Assembly: GCA_035262625.1 (NCBI GenBank)
Contig: DATFSM010000025.1
Location: 3,038 to 67,037 of the forward strand
Reading direction: 5' to 3'
DNA: 64,000 nucleotides
From: Bryobacteraceae bacterium
Lineage (GTDB): Bacteria; Acidobacteriota; Terriglobia; Bryobacterales; Bryobacteraceae
Each line of letters begins with the position of its first letter. Position 1 is the first letter of the stretch. This document shows, in pieces, positions 35,532-44,249 of this stretch. The notes under the pieces were generated by a model. That model was given only the letters and a program-made list of their open reading frames with translations. It was not told the origin of the DNA and did no database searches. The position numbers and the translations under genes are program-made.

Positions 35532-36155
35532 TCAGGAAGCCGAGCGGTTCATCTTGCGGGCTGCGTAGCGCGCTCCCAACGCCCCCCCGGCGGCGCAAAG
35601 CGCGACCACCACGGCGAACAGAAACGCGAGCGCCATTACCAGCGCGGCGAAGAGCATGGGCGGATCGTTCACGACCTGCTTCAGGTCTGGATTCTGCTTC
35701 TCCATCTGGTCGAACAGCTGTTTGCCCGCGAATAATACCGTAACCGTAATGCCGATCGCGTAGCCCAGAAACGTCAGCACTCCCGTAATCGAGCCGAGCC
35801 TCGCTCCCGCGCGCACGGTCAGCACGGAGCCTGTCAGCCGCCGGTAAAGAATCACTGCGCACCAGCCCGCCCCGACCCACCAGAGAAACGTAAGCATATT
35901 CAGAAACGGCGTCAATTCGATGGGGATGATCACCACCGACATCAGCAGAGCCACCCGCAGCGCAACAGGGTTACTGAAACTGACGGGCAGAGCCGCCGCC
36001 TTGAGGCGCGGCGACTCCGGAGACGTTATCGGCTGGCTGACCGGCTCCGCCGGCGTGTCCTCAATCGCCGCGGGCTCGGCAGTGGGCCTTCCGCAGCGAT
36101 GACAGAACATCGCCCCTTCGACGAGTCTTGTTCCGCAGGTGCAGAATTCCGGCAT
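35532..36155 (-). CDS. zinc-ribbon domain + 4-TM membrane protein
   Basis: MPEFCTCGTRLVEGAMFCHRCG is followed by a Pro/Ala linker and four hydrophobic helices. Confidence 0.6.
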   Translation of the reverse strand: MPEFCTCGTRLVEGAMFCHRCGRPTAEPAAIEDTPAEPVSQPITSPESPRLKAAALPVSFSNPVALRVALLMSVVIIPIELTPFLNMLTFLWWVGAGWCAVILYRRLTGSVLTVRAGARLGSITGVLTFLGYAIGITVTVLFAGKQLFDQMEKQNPDLKQVVNDPPMLFAALVMALAFLFAVVVALCAAGGALGARYAARKMNRSAS

Positions 36156-36246
36156 GATCTGGCACTTTCAGTTTGACATTCCATGGCCTGCGCCGTCCTG
36201 GCCTGAAACAGCGACTGGATTTCCGCGCAGAGTAAGCTGGTGAGGA

Positions 36247-37167
36247 ATGACCATTGAGGTTCTGCTTACCGAAGCGGAAATCGCCGACGAGTTTGCGGAG
36301 TCGATCGAAGCCCGCGACATCCCTGAGAAGTTCTTTTATTGGAGCCCGGCCTCAGTAAAAGCCTGGCAGACGCTATCGGCGCGTTCAGAGGAGCAGTTGC
36401 AGGCCACTTGGGAGACCTTGGCCGCAAAGGCGCCCGATCTTACAAAACAGTTCGGCAAAGGCATGCCCGTAATCAGCTTCGGCGCGGGAGATGGGTCAAG
36501 AGATCGGTTGCTGCTGAAATCGCTCGCCAATGCGGGAAGAAACGTCAAATACTTCCCGGTGGACGCGAGCCAGACCCTGCTGGAGATGGCATGCGCCAGG
36601 GCGGAACAAGACGATTGCGAGGTACTGGGCATCAAGGCCGATATCTCCAGCCCGATGCACCTGCTGCTCGCCGCCGATGTCAGTGAGGCCCCTCGTCTGT
36701 TTCTGATGGTGGGAAATACTCTTGCGGGGTTCGACCCCCTCGAGCAGGCGGTGAATGTCGCGAAATGCATGCACAAAGGGGACATTCTGATTACCGACGC
36801 GACGATACACGGTGGAAGTCCGTTGACGCCAAGTGAGGAACAACGCCAATTCGCATTCGCGCCGCTCGTCGCCGCGGGACTGACGACGGACGACGGAGGA
36901 CTCGAATATGCCGAAAAGCCGGACGACCGGCTCGACGGCTTGTTCATCCTGACGCGCCGCTTCCACACGCTCCGCGATTTGCGGCTGATCGCCGCGGGAC
37001 GGGACATTCTGGTGGCGCGCGGTGAGCGCATCCTGCTGAATTTCCGTTACCTTTTCTCGCTGGAGGCGATTCGCTGGCTCTTAAACGTTCATGCGGGACT
37101 GCGGATCGTCGGCGAGATCCCTGGTGCGCATGGTCATTTCATGACCTTTGTGTGCATTAAACCCTGA
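36247..37167 (+). CDS. SAM-dependent methyltransferase of the EgtD-like (Methyltransf_33) type
   Basis: The blocks IPEKFFYW, VISFGAGDGSRDRLLLKSL, YFPVDASQTLL and FLMVGNTLAGFDP parallel EgtD blocks (LPPKWFYD, ELGSGTSEKTRMLL, PFDVD, FLGSTIGN). This comparison is from memory. No egtB-like partner lies nearby. Confidence 0.55.
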   Translation: MTIEVLLTEAEIADEFAESIEARDIPEKFFYWSPASVKAWQTLSARSEEQLQATWETLAAKAPDLTKQFGKGMPVISFGAGDGSRDRLLLKSLANAGRNVKYFPVDASQTLLEMACARAEQDDCEVLGIKADISSPMHLLLAADVSEAPRLFLMVGNTLAGFDPLEQAVNVAKCMHKGDILITDATIHGGSPLTPSEEQRQFAFAPLVAAGLTTDDGGLEYAEKPDDRLDGLFILTRRFHTLRDLRLIAAGRDILVARGERILLNFRYLFSLEAIRWLLNVHAGLRIVGEIPGAHGHFMTFVCIKP

Positions 37168-37179
37168 ATCGAAAGAAGA

Positions 37180-37206
37180 GGGACCGGCCCCCCGAGCGCC
37201 GGTCCC
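37180..37206. terminator. GC-rich stem-loop between convergent genes
   Basis: GGGACCGGC (37180-37188) pairs perfectly with GCCGGTCCC (37198-37206) across a 9-nt loop. No U-tract follows. Confidence 0.5.
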
Positions 37207-37231
37207 CGCATAGCCGGGTGATCCCGGTCGT

Positions 37232-37588
37232 TTACCGCTCGCCGTGAACCGTGGCGGGCACGACGGCGGATTTCCCCGCCGCGCGCACGGCCTTGAGGGC
37301 GTAGCCCTTTTCGGTGCGCTCAAAGCTGAGCGTATTCCGGTCATCCTCGACATCCGCGCCGGGAGTGCCGAGGATGAGAGCGGTTGCTTTCATGCCGCGA
37401 ATCGTAAGCAGATGCGCGTCGTTTTCGTATACCGTGTAGTCCCCTGCGGGAAAGCTGGCCTTGCCCGCCGTGAACGCGAACGGTACAGTGACGCGAAGGG
37501 GTTCCAGTTCGCCGGCGAAAACGGGCGACGCCGCCACCGACAGACCGAGAGTGGAGGACGCGATCAGCGTCCGAAGCTTAGTGTTCAT
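37232..37588 (-). CDS. small secreted hypothetical protein
   Basis: Signal peptide MNTKLRTLIASSTLGLSVAASPVFA. The mature part, VPFAFTAGKASFPAGDYTV, is a pattern I associate with an abundant acidobacterial paralogue family of unknown function. Confidence 0.6.
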   Translation of the reverse strand: MNTKLRTLIASSTLGLSVAASPVFAGELEPLRVTVPFAFTAGKASFPAGDYTVYENDAHLLTIRGMKATALILGTPGADVEDDRNTLSFERTEKGYALKAVRAAGKSAVVPATVHGER

Positions 37589-37733
37589 AGATGTCCTTTC
37601 AGGTACGGATTTGCGCTGCCGCGCGGATAAAGCTCGCGCGACCGACTATGCCACCCCGCGAAGTCAGGTTCGCGGGCGGGGTAAATCCAACAAGGGATTG
37701 TGAATTTCTGAAAACCGAGGCCGTTTATCTTAA

Positions 37734-37799
37734 TTGTCGTTACATCGACAACCAAGACAAGGACAACGGCGACATCGACAACGATTGGCCGATATTGTC
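37734..37799. repeat. short-repeat array (GACAA x4, flanking inverted TTGTC, 11-mer ACATCGACAAC x2 at 30-nt spacing)
   Basis: Read directly from the sequence. TTGTCG is at 37734-37739 and pairs with CGACAA at 37746-37751. GACAA occurs at 37747, 37756, 37762 and 37777. ACATCGACAAC is at 37742-37752 and 37772-37782. TTGTC is at 37795-37799. Confidence 0.6.
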
Positions 37800-37893
37800 A
37801 GGCAACAGCAAAGCATTTCTTCCGCTTGAGTGCCTCTCATGTTTCCAAGTCTAGCGGCGGCCGGCCAAAAAGGCCAATCGGAAATTTTGATCC

Positions 37894-37919
37894 GGGTTAT
37901 GGCGTGGCACGCGTAACCC
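37894..37919 (-). terminator. possible tig terminator (imperfect hairpin)
   Basis: GGGTTA (37894-37899) pairs with TAACCC (37914-37919), with an inner GCG/CGC pair. The hairpin lies about 27 nt past the tig stop. On the minus strand it is followed by GGATCAAAATTT. Confidence 0.3.
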
Positions 37920-37945
37920 CATTGTTAACAATAATTAACGAGGGC

Positions 37946-39241
37946 TTATTGTCCGGATTCGGTCGGCGTCTCGGCGGGAACCTCGGCCGTCTTGGTCGCG
38001 TGCTCAAACAGGAAATTCAGCGTCTTTTCCGTCTGAATATGCGCCGCAATTCGGTCCATTGTTCCGTTCTCGGTGAGCTTTTTCCGAACAGCGGCGATCG
38101 GCTCGCGCTCCTGCCGCGCGATTCGCTCCACTTCGCGGTCCACTTCCTCACGCGTCGCTCCGATCGCTTCGCGCTCGGCGACCTTCGTGAGAATCAGCGA
38201 TGCCCGGACTTCGCGGAGCGCATCGCCGCGCTGAGCTTCCTTAACCTTCGACCAATCGAGGTTGAATGAGCGCGGGTCGATCCCTTGCTGCTCGAGCGCC
38301 CTGAGCCTTTGCTCTACGCGGCTTTCGATCTGCCGGTCGACAAACACTTCCGGTACCGGGAACTCGTTGGCGTCGACAAGTTTCTCGACCAATTTGTCTT
38401 TCGCCAGCCGTTGCGCCTCGTTCTGACGCTGCGCCAACAGAGACTTGCGAACCGCCTCTTTGAATTCGTCAAGCGTGACGAAATCGCCCATGTCTTTTGC
38501 GAACTCGTCATTCAACTCGGGCAGTTCCTTGCGGCGCAGCCCTTTCACCGCGACGTGGAAACGTACAGTCTTACCCGCGAGACTTTCACGCCCATAGTCT
38601 TCCGGATACGTGACATCGAATTCCTTCTCATCGCCCACCGACGCGCCGGTGAGGTTTTCGGTAAAGCCCGGGAGCGTTTCGGGTCCGCCGAGGAGAACCT
38701 GCACCTCATCCGACTTGATGCCCTCGTCGGTCCCGGAAAGGCTTTCGAGCGACACCACTGCGTAATCGCCGTTCGCGAGCGGGCGCGGTTCTTCGTTCAC
38801 ATATTGCGCTTTCGTTTCGCGGATCTCTTCGATGCGTTTGTCGACATCTTCGGTAGTAACCTGTGGCTCGGAATAAGGCACTTCGACGCCACGATACTCA
38901 GCCAGGTCGAACTCGGGGTAAACCTCGAACTGCGCCTTGAAGCGCAACGGTTCGCCATCGTGAAAATGAACGTCGGAGATGCTCGGCGACCCCACCATGC
39001 GAAGGTTCTCGTCCTTTACTTTTGCCTCGAAGAACCGGGGTACCAGGTTCTCCAGAACCTTCTGGCGGATATCGCTCGAGAAGCTCTTTCGCACGAGGGA
39101 CAAAGGCGCCTTGCCGGGTCGAAAACCCTTCAGATGCGCCTTGCTCTGAAACTGCTCTGTTACCTTACCGGTCTCACGCTCCACGTCCTGCGCAGGGACG
39201 GAGATCTCCAACTCGTGCTTGCAGCCTTCCACTAATGCCAA
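37946..39241 (-). CDS. tig: trigger factor
   Basis: N-terminal ribosome-binding motif GFRPGKAP, a central PPIase-like region and a C-terminal helical arm. TTG start. Confidence 0.95.
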   Translation of the reverse strand: MALVEGCKHELEISVPAQDVERETGKVTEQFQSKAHLKGFRPGKAPLSLVRKSFSSDIRQKVLENLVPRFFEAKVKDENLRMVGSPSISDVHFHDGEPLRFKAQFEVYPEFDLAEYRGVEVPYSEPQVTTEDVDKRIEEIRETKAQYVNEEPRPLANGDYAVVSLESLSGTDEGIKSDEVQVLLGGPETLPGFTENLTGASVGDEKEFDVTYPEDYGRESLAGKTVRFHVAVKGLRRKELPELNDEFAKDMGDFVTLDEFKEAVRKSLLAQRQNEAQRLAKDKLVEKLVDANEFPVPEVFVDRQIESRVEQRLRALEQQGIDPRSFNLDWSKVKEAQRGDALREVRASLILTKVAEREAIGATREEVDREVERIARQEREPIAAVRKKLTENGTMDRIAAHIQTEKTLNFLFEHATKTAEVPAETPTESGQ

Positions 39242-39368
39242 TTCGGATTTACCTCGGAATAATTCAGGTCGAAACCTTCAGGATATCAGGACAGCAGGCG
39301 TGGTACATGTAAGGGTTTGCCCGCATGCCATTGATTCCAATCGCGTCGCGCGCGGCGGCGTATCGGTG

Positions 39369-41423
39369 ATGGTCCCTCCTTCCGCACCGAAAATCCCGAA
39401 GCCACGGACGGTCCACGGCGAAACCGTAATCGACGAATGGTTTTATCTTCGCGATCGTGAGCATCCCGCAACAATCCCCTACATCGAGGCCGAAAACGCA
39501 TATACGGATGCGGTCCTGCAACCCGCGGGAGACCTGCGGCAGCAACTGTACAACGAGATGGTCGGGCGGATTCAGGAGGACGACTCCACCGTTCCCTGGC
39601 AGCTCGGGGACTACGAATATTACTCGAGAACCGAGCGGGGCTGCCAGTATTCGATTCATTGCCGTCGTGCCTTGAATACGGAACGGGAAGAGATCCTGCT
39701 TGACTGCAACCAGCTTGCGGCGGGGCACGACTACTTCTCGCTGGCTTTCCACCAGGTCAGCCCGGACGGAAAACGTCTCGCCTACGCGACCGACACGGAC
39801 GGGTCCGAAGTCTACACTCTGCGCTTCCGCGATCTGGAAACTGGCGAAAGCATTCCGGGCGAAATACGGGGCGTCTACTACTCGGCAGATTGGGCGGCGG
39901 ACAGCGCCACGTTCTTCTTCACCACTCTGGACGACACGAAACGCCCTTACCGGCTGTGGCGTGTGCGCATTGGTCTGGGTTCGGCGCCCGTTCTGGTTTA
40001 TGAAGAGTCCGATGCGCGGTTCAATGTCTCAATCCGAAGGACGCGTAGCGGCCGCTACCTGCTGCTGACAGTCGACAGCCATGCGTCGAGCGAAGTTCGT
40101 TACCTCAATGCTGGCGCACCGGATGGAGAATTCCGGCTGATCAACGCGCGTCGCGACGAAATCGAGTACTTCGTTGAGCATCACGGGCCCTGGTTTTACA
40201 TCCGGACCAACGAAAACGGCCGCAATTTCCGATTGCTTCGCGCCCCGGTCTCGGATCCCTCACCCGCGAATCGTGCGGAGATCATCGCCCACCGGACTGA
40301 GGTCGCCATCGAGCACGTCGAGGCATTCGAAAGCCATCTGGTTCTGCTCGAACGCGCGGATGCCCTTCCACGACTGCGCATTCTCAACCCGGGCGCCGGA
40401 ACCGATCACACTGTCGCATTCGACCAGCCCGTTTATACGATCCACGCCGAGCATAACGCCGAATACCGAACGACGCGCTTCCGGTTCGTCTACAGTTCGC
40501 CTATCGAGCCGCGGTCCGTCTTCGATTACGACATGGAGACGCGCGAACGCGAGCTGAAGAAACGCGATGCGGTCCTCGGCGGCTTTAGTTCGGACGACTA
40601 CGCGACCGAACGAATCTACGCCACCGCGTGCGACGGAGTCCGTATCCCAATTTCCCTCGCCTATCGAAAAGAAGCGCGCCTCGATGGGCCCAATCCTGCT
40701 TATCTATACGGCTACGGAGCCTACGGAATCGTCACGGAACCCTCGTTCGCCCCGGAGCGGATTTCCCTCCTCGACCGCGGCGTCATCTTCGCGATCGCGC
40801 ACATTCGCGGCTCAGGCGACCTGGGCAGAATCTGGTACGACGAAGGCCGCCGCATGAAGAAAAAGAACACCTTCACCGATTTCATCGCTTGTGCGGAACA
40901 TCTGATCGCCCAGGGTTACACATCGCCCGACCGCCTTGCGATCGCAGGCGGAAGCGCCGGAGGTCTGCTCATCGGAGCCGTGCTGAACGCCAGACCCGAA
41001 CTCTTCCGCGCCGCCGTTGCGCAAGTACCCTTCGTCGACGTGGTTAACACGATGCTCGACGTGGTTCTTCCCCTGACTGTGACCGAATACGACGAATGGG
41101 GCAATCCCAACGAGTGGCCCCCATACGAGTACATCCGTTCTTATGCGCCCTACGAACACGTCGAGCGTAAAGCCTACCCCGACATTCTGGCCACCGGCGG
41201 GCTGAACGATCCGCGTGTCCCTTACTGGGAGCCAGCGAAGTGGATCTCGAAACTACGGGATCGCAACACCGCCGCAAGCGTGATTCTTCTCAAAACCAAT
41301 ATGGGAGCGGGACACGGCGGGCCCTCCGGCCGTTATCAGAAGATCGCCGAGAAGGCGCTCGAATACGCGTTCATTCTCCCGCGGCTTGCGCCGGACGACG
41401 ATGCGGCGCATCCTGCCGGATAA
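39369..41423 (+). CDS. ptrB: S9-family serine peptidase, oligopeptidase B-like
   Basis: An internal ATG at 39369 gives MVPPSAPKIPKP..VHGE...D.WFYLRD......YIEAENAYT. The catalytic GGSAGGLL is present, together with the later D and H regions (GGLNDPRV, GAGHGG). Confidence 0.85.
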   Translation: MVPPSAPKIPKPRTVHGETVIDEWFYLRDREHPATIPYIEAENAYTDAVLQPAGDLRQQLYNEMVGRIQEDDSTVPWQLGDYEYYSRTERGCQYSIHCRRALNTEREEILLDCNQLAAGHDYFSLAFHQVSPDGKRLAYATDTDGSEVYTLRFRDLETGESIPGEIRGVYYSADWAADSATFFFTTLDDTKRPYRLWRVRIGLGSAPVLVYEESDARFNVSIRRTRSGRYLLLTVDSHASSEVRYLNAGAPDGEFRLINARRDEIEYFVEHHGPWFYIRTNENGRNFRLLRAPVSDPSPANRAEIIAHRTEVAIEHVEAFESHLVLLERADALPRLRILNPGAGTDHTVAFDQPVYTIHAEHNAEYRTTRFRFVYSSPIEPRSVFDYDMETRERELKKRDAVLGGFSSDDYATERIYATACDGVRIPISLAYRKEARLDGPNPAYLYGYGAYGIVTEPSFAPERISLLDRGVIFAIAHIRGSGDLGRIWYDEGRRMKKKNTFTDFIACAEHLIAQGYTSPDRLAIAGGSAGGLLIGAVLNARPELFRAAVAQVPFVDVVNTMLDVVLPLTVTEYDEWGNPNEWPPYEYIRSYAPYEHVERKAYPDILATGGLNDPRVPYWEPAKWISKLRDRNTAASVILLKTNMGAGHGGPSGRYQKIAEKALEYAFILPRLAPDDDAAHPAG

Positions 41424-42699
41424 ACGACGCCAGAACTCCCGCGCCGATCATGCAAGCCGTAAGACACCAAAGGCCAGTCTCATATCCGCCAGTGCGTGTT
41501 CGCAGATACCCAAAGCTGTAAGGGCCTACGAATCCTCCAAGATTCCCGAACGAGTTGATCAGACCAACAGCGGTCGCGGCGGCCGACTTACCCAGAAACC
41601 CGGACGGAATGCTCCAGAACACCGGCAGATAAGCCTGAAAGCTGAACCCCAAAAGGCAGAGGAACGAGATCACCATCGCCAGATTCGAGCCGGAGAGGAT
41701 GGCCATCGCCAGACTCACGCCGGCCATCAACATGGGAATAGCCGTGTGGAGCGTGGGCCGCCGCGTGCGCGACGCGAGATAGCCGTTGAACAGAATTCCG
41801 CCGATGCTGCAGACGTATGGCAGTACGGTAACGACCGTACGCCAAACGATTGACATGCTCTTCATGTTGTCCGTAATCGACGGCAGGAAAACCAGGATCG
41901 CCTGATTGCCAGTCACAATCAGAAAAAACGAAGCTGCCAGCAAAGCCGTGCGAGGCTGCCGCAAGGCGTCCATAATGCCCGTGCGGCGGGCGGCGGTCCG
42001 CCGCCGCTCTTCCGCCGCAAGTTCCCCAACCAGCCACTCCCGTTCATCGTCCTTGAGCCATTTGGCCTGCGCAGGGCGGTCCGTGAGGTAGAACAGCGTC
42101 ACAAACCCGAGCAGCACCGGCGGCAGTCCTTCGAGAATAAAAACCCACCTCCAGCCGGCGAGGCCGTACCAATGAGCCGTCTCAAGAATCCAACGCGAAA
42201 TCGGCAAGCCAATCACGATCGAAAGCGGCTGCGCGATCATGAACCACGCTTTAGCCCGCGCTCGGTCCTGCTCTCGAAACCAATGAGACAGATAAACGAC
42301 TACGCCCGGAAAGAAACCCGCCTCCGCCGCGCCCAGCAAAAAGCGCAGCCAGTAAAACTGCTGACGCACACTGAGGGGTACAGGAATCAGGCCGGCGAAT
42401 CCCGAAAGAGTCGCCACAATTCCCCAGGTGATCATGATCCGCGCCAGCCACCTTCGCGCGCTCCAGCGTTCGACGATCAGGGTCCCCGGGATCTCCAGCA
42501 GAAAATAGCCGATGAAAAAAATGCTCGCGCCAAACCCGATCACCTCATCGGTCAGGCTCAGCGCGCTCTGCATCTGTAACTTCGCAATGGCGATGTTCGC
42601 GCGGTCGAGGTATGCGGTTACGTAGACCAGAATCAGGAATGGCATCGCTCGCAACGTGACGCGCCGCCGCGTGCGTTCTGCCAGATTGTCAGGACCCAT
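41371..42699 (-). CDS. MFS transporter, anion:cation symporter (ACS)-like
   Basis: YLDRANIAIAKLQM, 12 predicted helices, and FFPGVVVYLSHWF. The ATG at 42699 shares one nt with the upstream stop (TAATG). The track ORF extends to 42744. Confidence 0.85.
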   Translation of the reverse strand: MGPDNLAERTRRRVTLRAMPFLILVYVTAYLDRANIAIAKLQMQSALSLTDEVIGFGASIFFIGYFLLEIPGTLIVERWSARRWLARIMITWGIVATLSGFAGLIPVPLSVRQQFYWLRFLLGAAEAGFFPGVVVYLSHWFREQDRARAKAWFMIAQPLSIVIGLPISRWILETAHWYGLAGWRWVFILEGLPPVLLGFVTLFYLTDRPAQAKWLKDDEREWLVGELAAEERRRTAARRTGIMDALRQPRTALLAASFFLIVTGNQAILVFLPSITDNMKSMSIVWRTVVTVLPYVCSIGGILFNGYLASRTRRPTLHTAIPMLMAGVSLAMAILSGSNLAMVISFLCLLGFSFQAYLPVFWSIPSGFLGKSAAATAVGLINSFGNLGGFVGPYSFGYLRTRTGGYETGLWCLTACMIGAGVLASFIRQDAPHRRPAQAAGE

Positions 42700-44060
42700 T
42701 AATTGTGTGGACTCGGAAACAGCGTATCGCGCCCTAGTAGCCACTGCGGATCGAACCGTCGCTTGACCGCCTTCATCGCCTCGATATCCTCCGCGCGGAA
42801 CTGCAGCGGCAACAGGTAGGCCTTGCTCTTCCCGAGGCCATGCTCGGCCGAAACCGTGCCGCCAAGTTCCACCGCCTTTCGCGCGAACTCCGTCATCAGC
42901 GCGCTCGCGGCTTCCGCCTGCCCCTCTGTCGCTGGAAGCATGTTGGCGTGGACGTGCGCATCGCCAATATGCCCATAGAGAACGTATTGGCCCGGCATCT
43001 CATCGTCCAGTCGTTGCCGGTAATACGCCAGCATCTCGCGGTTGCGCGCCACCGGGACTGCATAGTCCGTGCCTTTCTTTTGAAACCCGCGCTTCGACAC
43101 CGTTTCAATCACGATCTCGGGAAGCGAATGCCGGAATCGGCGGAAGCGCTCACGGTCGCGCGCCGACTCGGAAAACCACGACGCCTCGAGCAGAGCCCCC
43201 GCCGATTCCAATCGCTCATCCCATCCGTCGATTTCCTCGCCCTCGATCAGCAGCGCAGCCCTGGCTTGGGCGGGAATCTCTGGATACCGTCCCCTCAGCA
43301 GATCGAGCGCGGATGCGCCCACATATTCCAACATCCTGAGGTCGCTCACCGGACGCCAGGCATCCACAGCATCCAGCGCCGCCTCGTCGGAGCCGAAAAA
43401 GACGACGCCGGCGAACAGATGAGCGGGTAACGGCAGCAGCGCAATCTCCGCCTCGAACACCACGGCAAGCGTTCCCTCCGAGCCGCAGATCAGATCGATC
43501 CAGTCCATCCCCGGCTCCAAACGATACCCTGCCGTTGTCTTGCGGACGTGCGGCAGCGCGATATGCGGAACGTCGAAGTCGATCTTTTCCCCGCGCCGGA
43601 ACTCAGCGACCGACCCATCCATGAACGCGACGCGCAGCGAAAGAATGTGGCGTCGGGTCGCGCCGAAGCGGAAACTACGCGATCCGCTGGCGTTCGTCGC
43701 GATCGTGCCGCCAATGGACGCCGTAATTTCAGTCGGATCCGGCGCGTAAAACTGCCCGGAAGGCGTCGCCGCATCGCGGATATCGATCAGAGTGACCGCC
43801 GCGCCCGCGTGGGCGCAGCCTTGGTTCACCTCCATCCGCCGGAACTTTTCCAGCGAAACCACCCAGCCGCCGCGCGCCACCCGGCCGCCCGTCAGCCCCG
43901 AACCGGCCCCGATCACCGTTACAGGAACGCCCCGCGCGGACGCCTCGCGCAGCACCGCGGAAAGTTCCTCCTTGTTGGCAGGGATCTTAACGTCGTCCGC
44001 CCAGCCGGTAAATCCGGAGGCGTCTCTGACATAGACGGGGTTCACCACCCCATTATTCAT
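42699..44060 (-). CDS. FAD-linked oxidase (GlcD/D-lactate dehydrogenase family)
   Basis: FAD-binding PCMH-type N-terminal domain (VPVTVIGAGSGLTGG). The C-terminal block GTVSAEHGLGKSK is typical of the family. Confidence 0.88.
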   Translation of the reverse strand: MNNGVVNPVYVRDASGFTGWADDVKIPANKEELSAVLREASARGVPVTVIGAGSGLTGGRVARGGWVVSLEKFRRMEVNQGCAHAGAAVTLIDIRDAATPSGQFYAPDPTEITASIGGTIATNASGSRSFRFGATRRHILSLRVAFMDGSVAEFRRGEKIDFDVPHIALPHVRKTTAGYRLEPGMDWIDLICGSEGTLAVVFEAEIALLPLPAHLFAGVVFFGSDEAALDAVDAWRPVSDLRMLEYVGASALDLLRGRYPEIPAQARAALLIEGEEIDGWDERLESAGALLEASWFSESARDRERFRRFRHSLPEIVIETVSKRGFQKKGTDYAVPVARNREMLAYYRQRLDDEMPGQYVLYGHIGDAHVHANMLPATEGQAEAASALMTEFARKAVELGGTVSAEHGLGKSKAYLLPLQFRAEDIEAMKAVKRRFDPQWLLGRDTLFPSPHN

Positions 44061-44078
44061 GCGGTGTTTCGCCGAGCG

Positions 44079-44249
44079 TTAAACAGCCGTCCAGACCAGC
44101 GCTGCCGCCATAGCGATCAACTGAAGCACAGCGAACACCTGAATGACTCGGTCACGGCGCCGCGCGCGAATCTCGTCGTCAAAAAATTCCGGCTCGTACG
44201 GCGTCACGCCGATCGACCGGAGAAAATCGCTGTCCGTAAGCTGCGTCAA
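44079..44249 (-). CDS. candidate 56-codon membrane-anchored mini-protein
   Basis: Not in the ORF track. Hand translation gives (TTG)TQLTDSDFLRSIGVTPYEPEFFDDEIRARRRDRVIQVFAVLQLIAMAAALVWTAV*. The TTG overlaps the MFP stop (TTGA), and an alternative GTG is at codon 15. It fills an otherwise unexplained 185-nt gap in a tightly packed same-strand gene string. Confidence 0.3.
   Translation of the reverse strand: MTQLTDSDFLRSIGVTPYEPEFFDDEIRARRRDRVIQVFAVLQLIAMAAALVWTAV

Noticed and set aside
37734-37799. Repeat array considered as a degenerate CRISPR or iteron-type replication origin
   Set aside because: The units are only 5-11 nt with irregular spacing. No cas, rep or partition genes are present anywhere in the window. 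It is kept only as a candidate regulatory repeat.
37591-37854. 87-aa ORF in the long spacer with an Asp-rich stretch (YIDNQDKDNGDIDNDW) that looks like an EF-hand/Ca-binding loop
   Set aside because: The Asp/Asn/Gly spacing is off by one from the D-x-D-x-D-G loop. The acidic run is simply the translation of the GACAA DNA repeats. There is no SD sequence, and the composition is unlike the neighbouring genes.
39242-39368. Scan of all spacers above ~70 nt for tRNA, tmRNA or other structured RNA genes. The spacers scanned were 2734-2810, 13647-13720, 16447-16535, 30768-30866, 36156-36246, 39242-39368, 49179-49292 and 51467-51553
   Set aside because: No GTTCGAATC-type T-arm or cloverleaf-compatible segments were found. 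Only short hairpins and promoter-like A/T patches were present. I cannot exclude small RNAs without covariance models.
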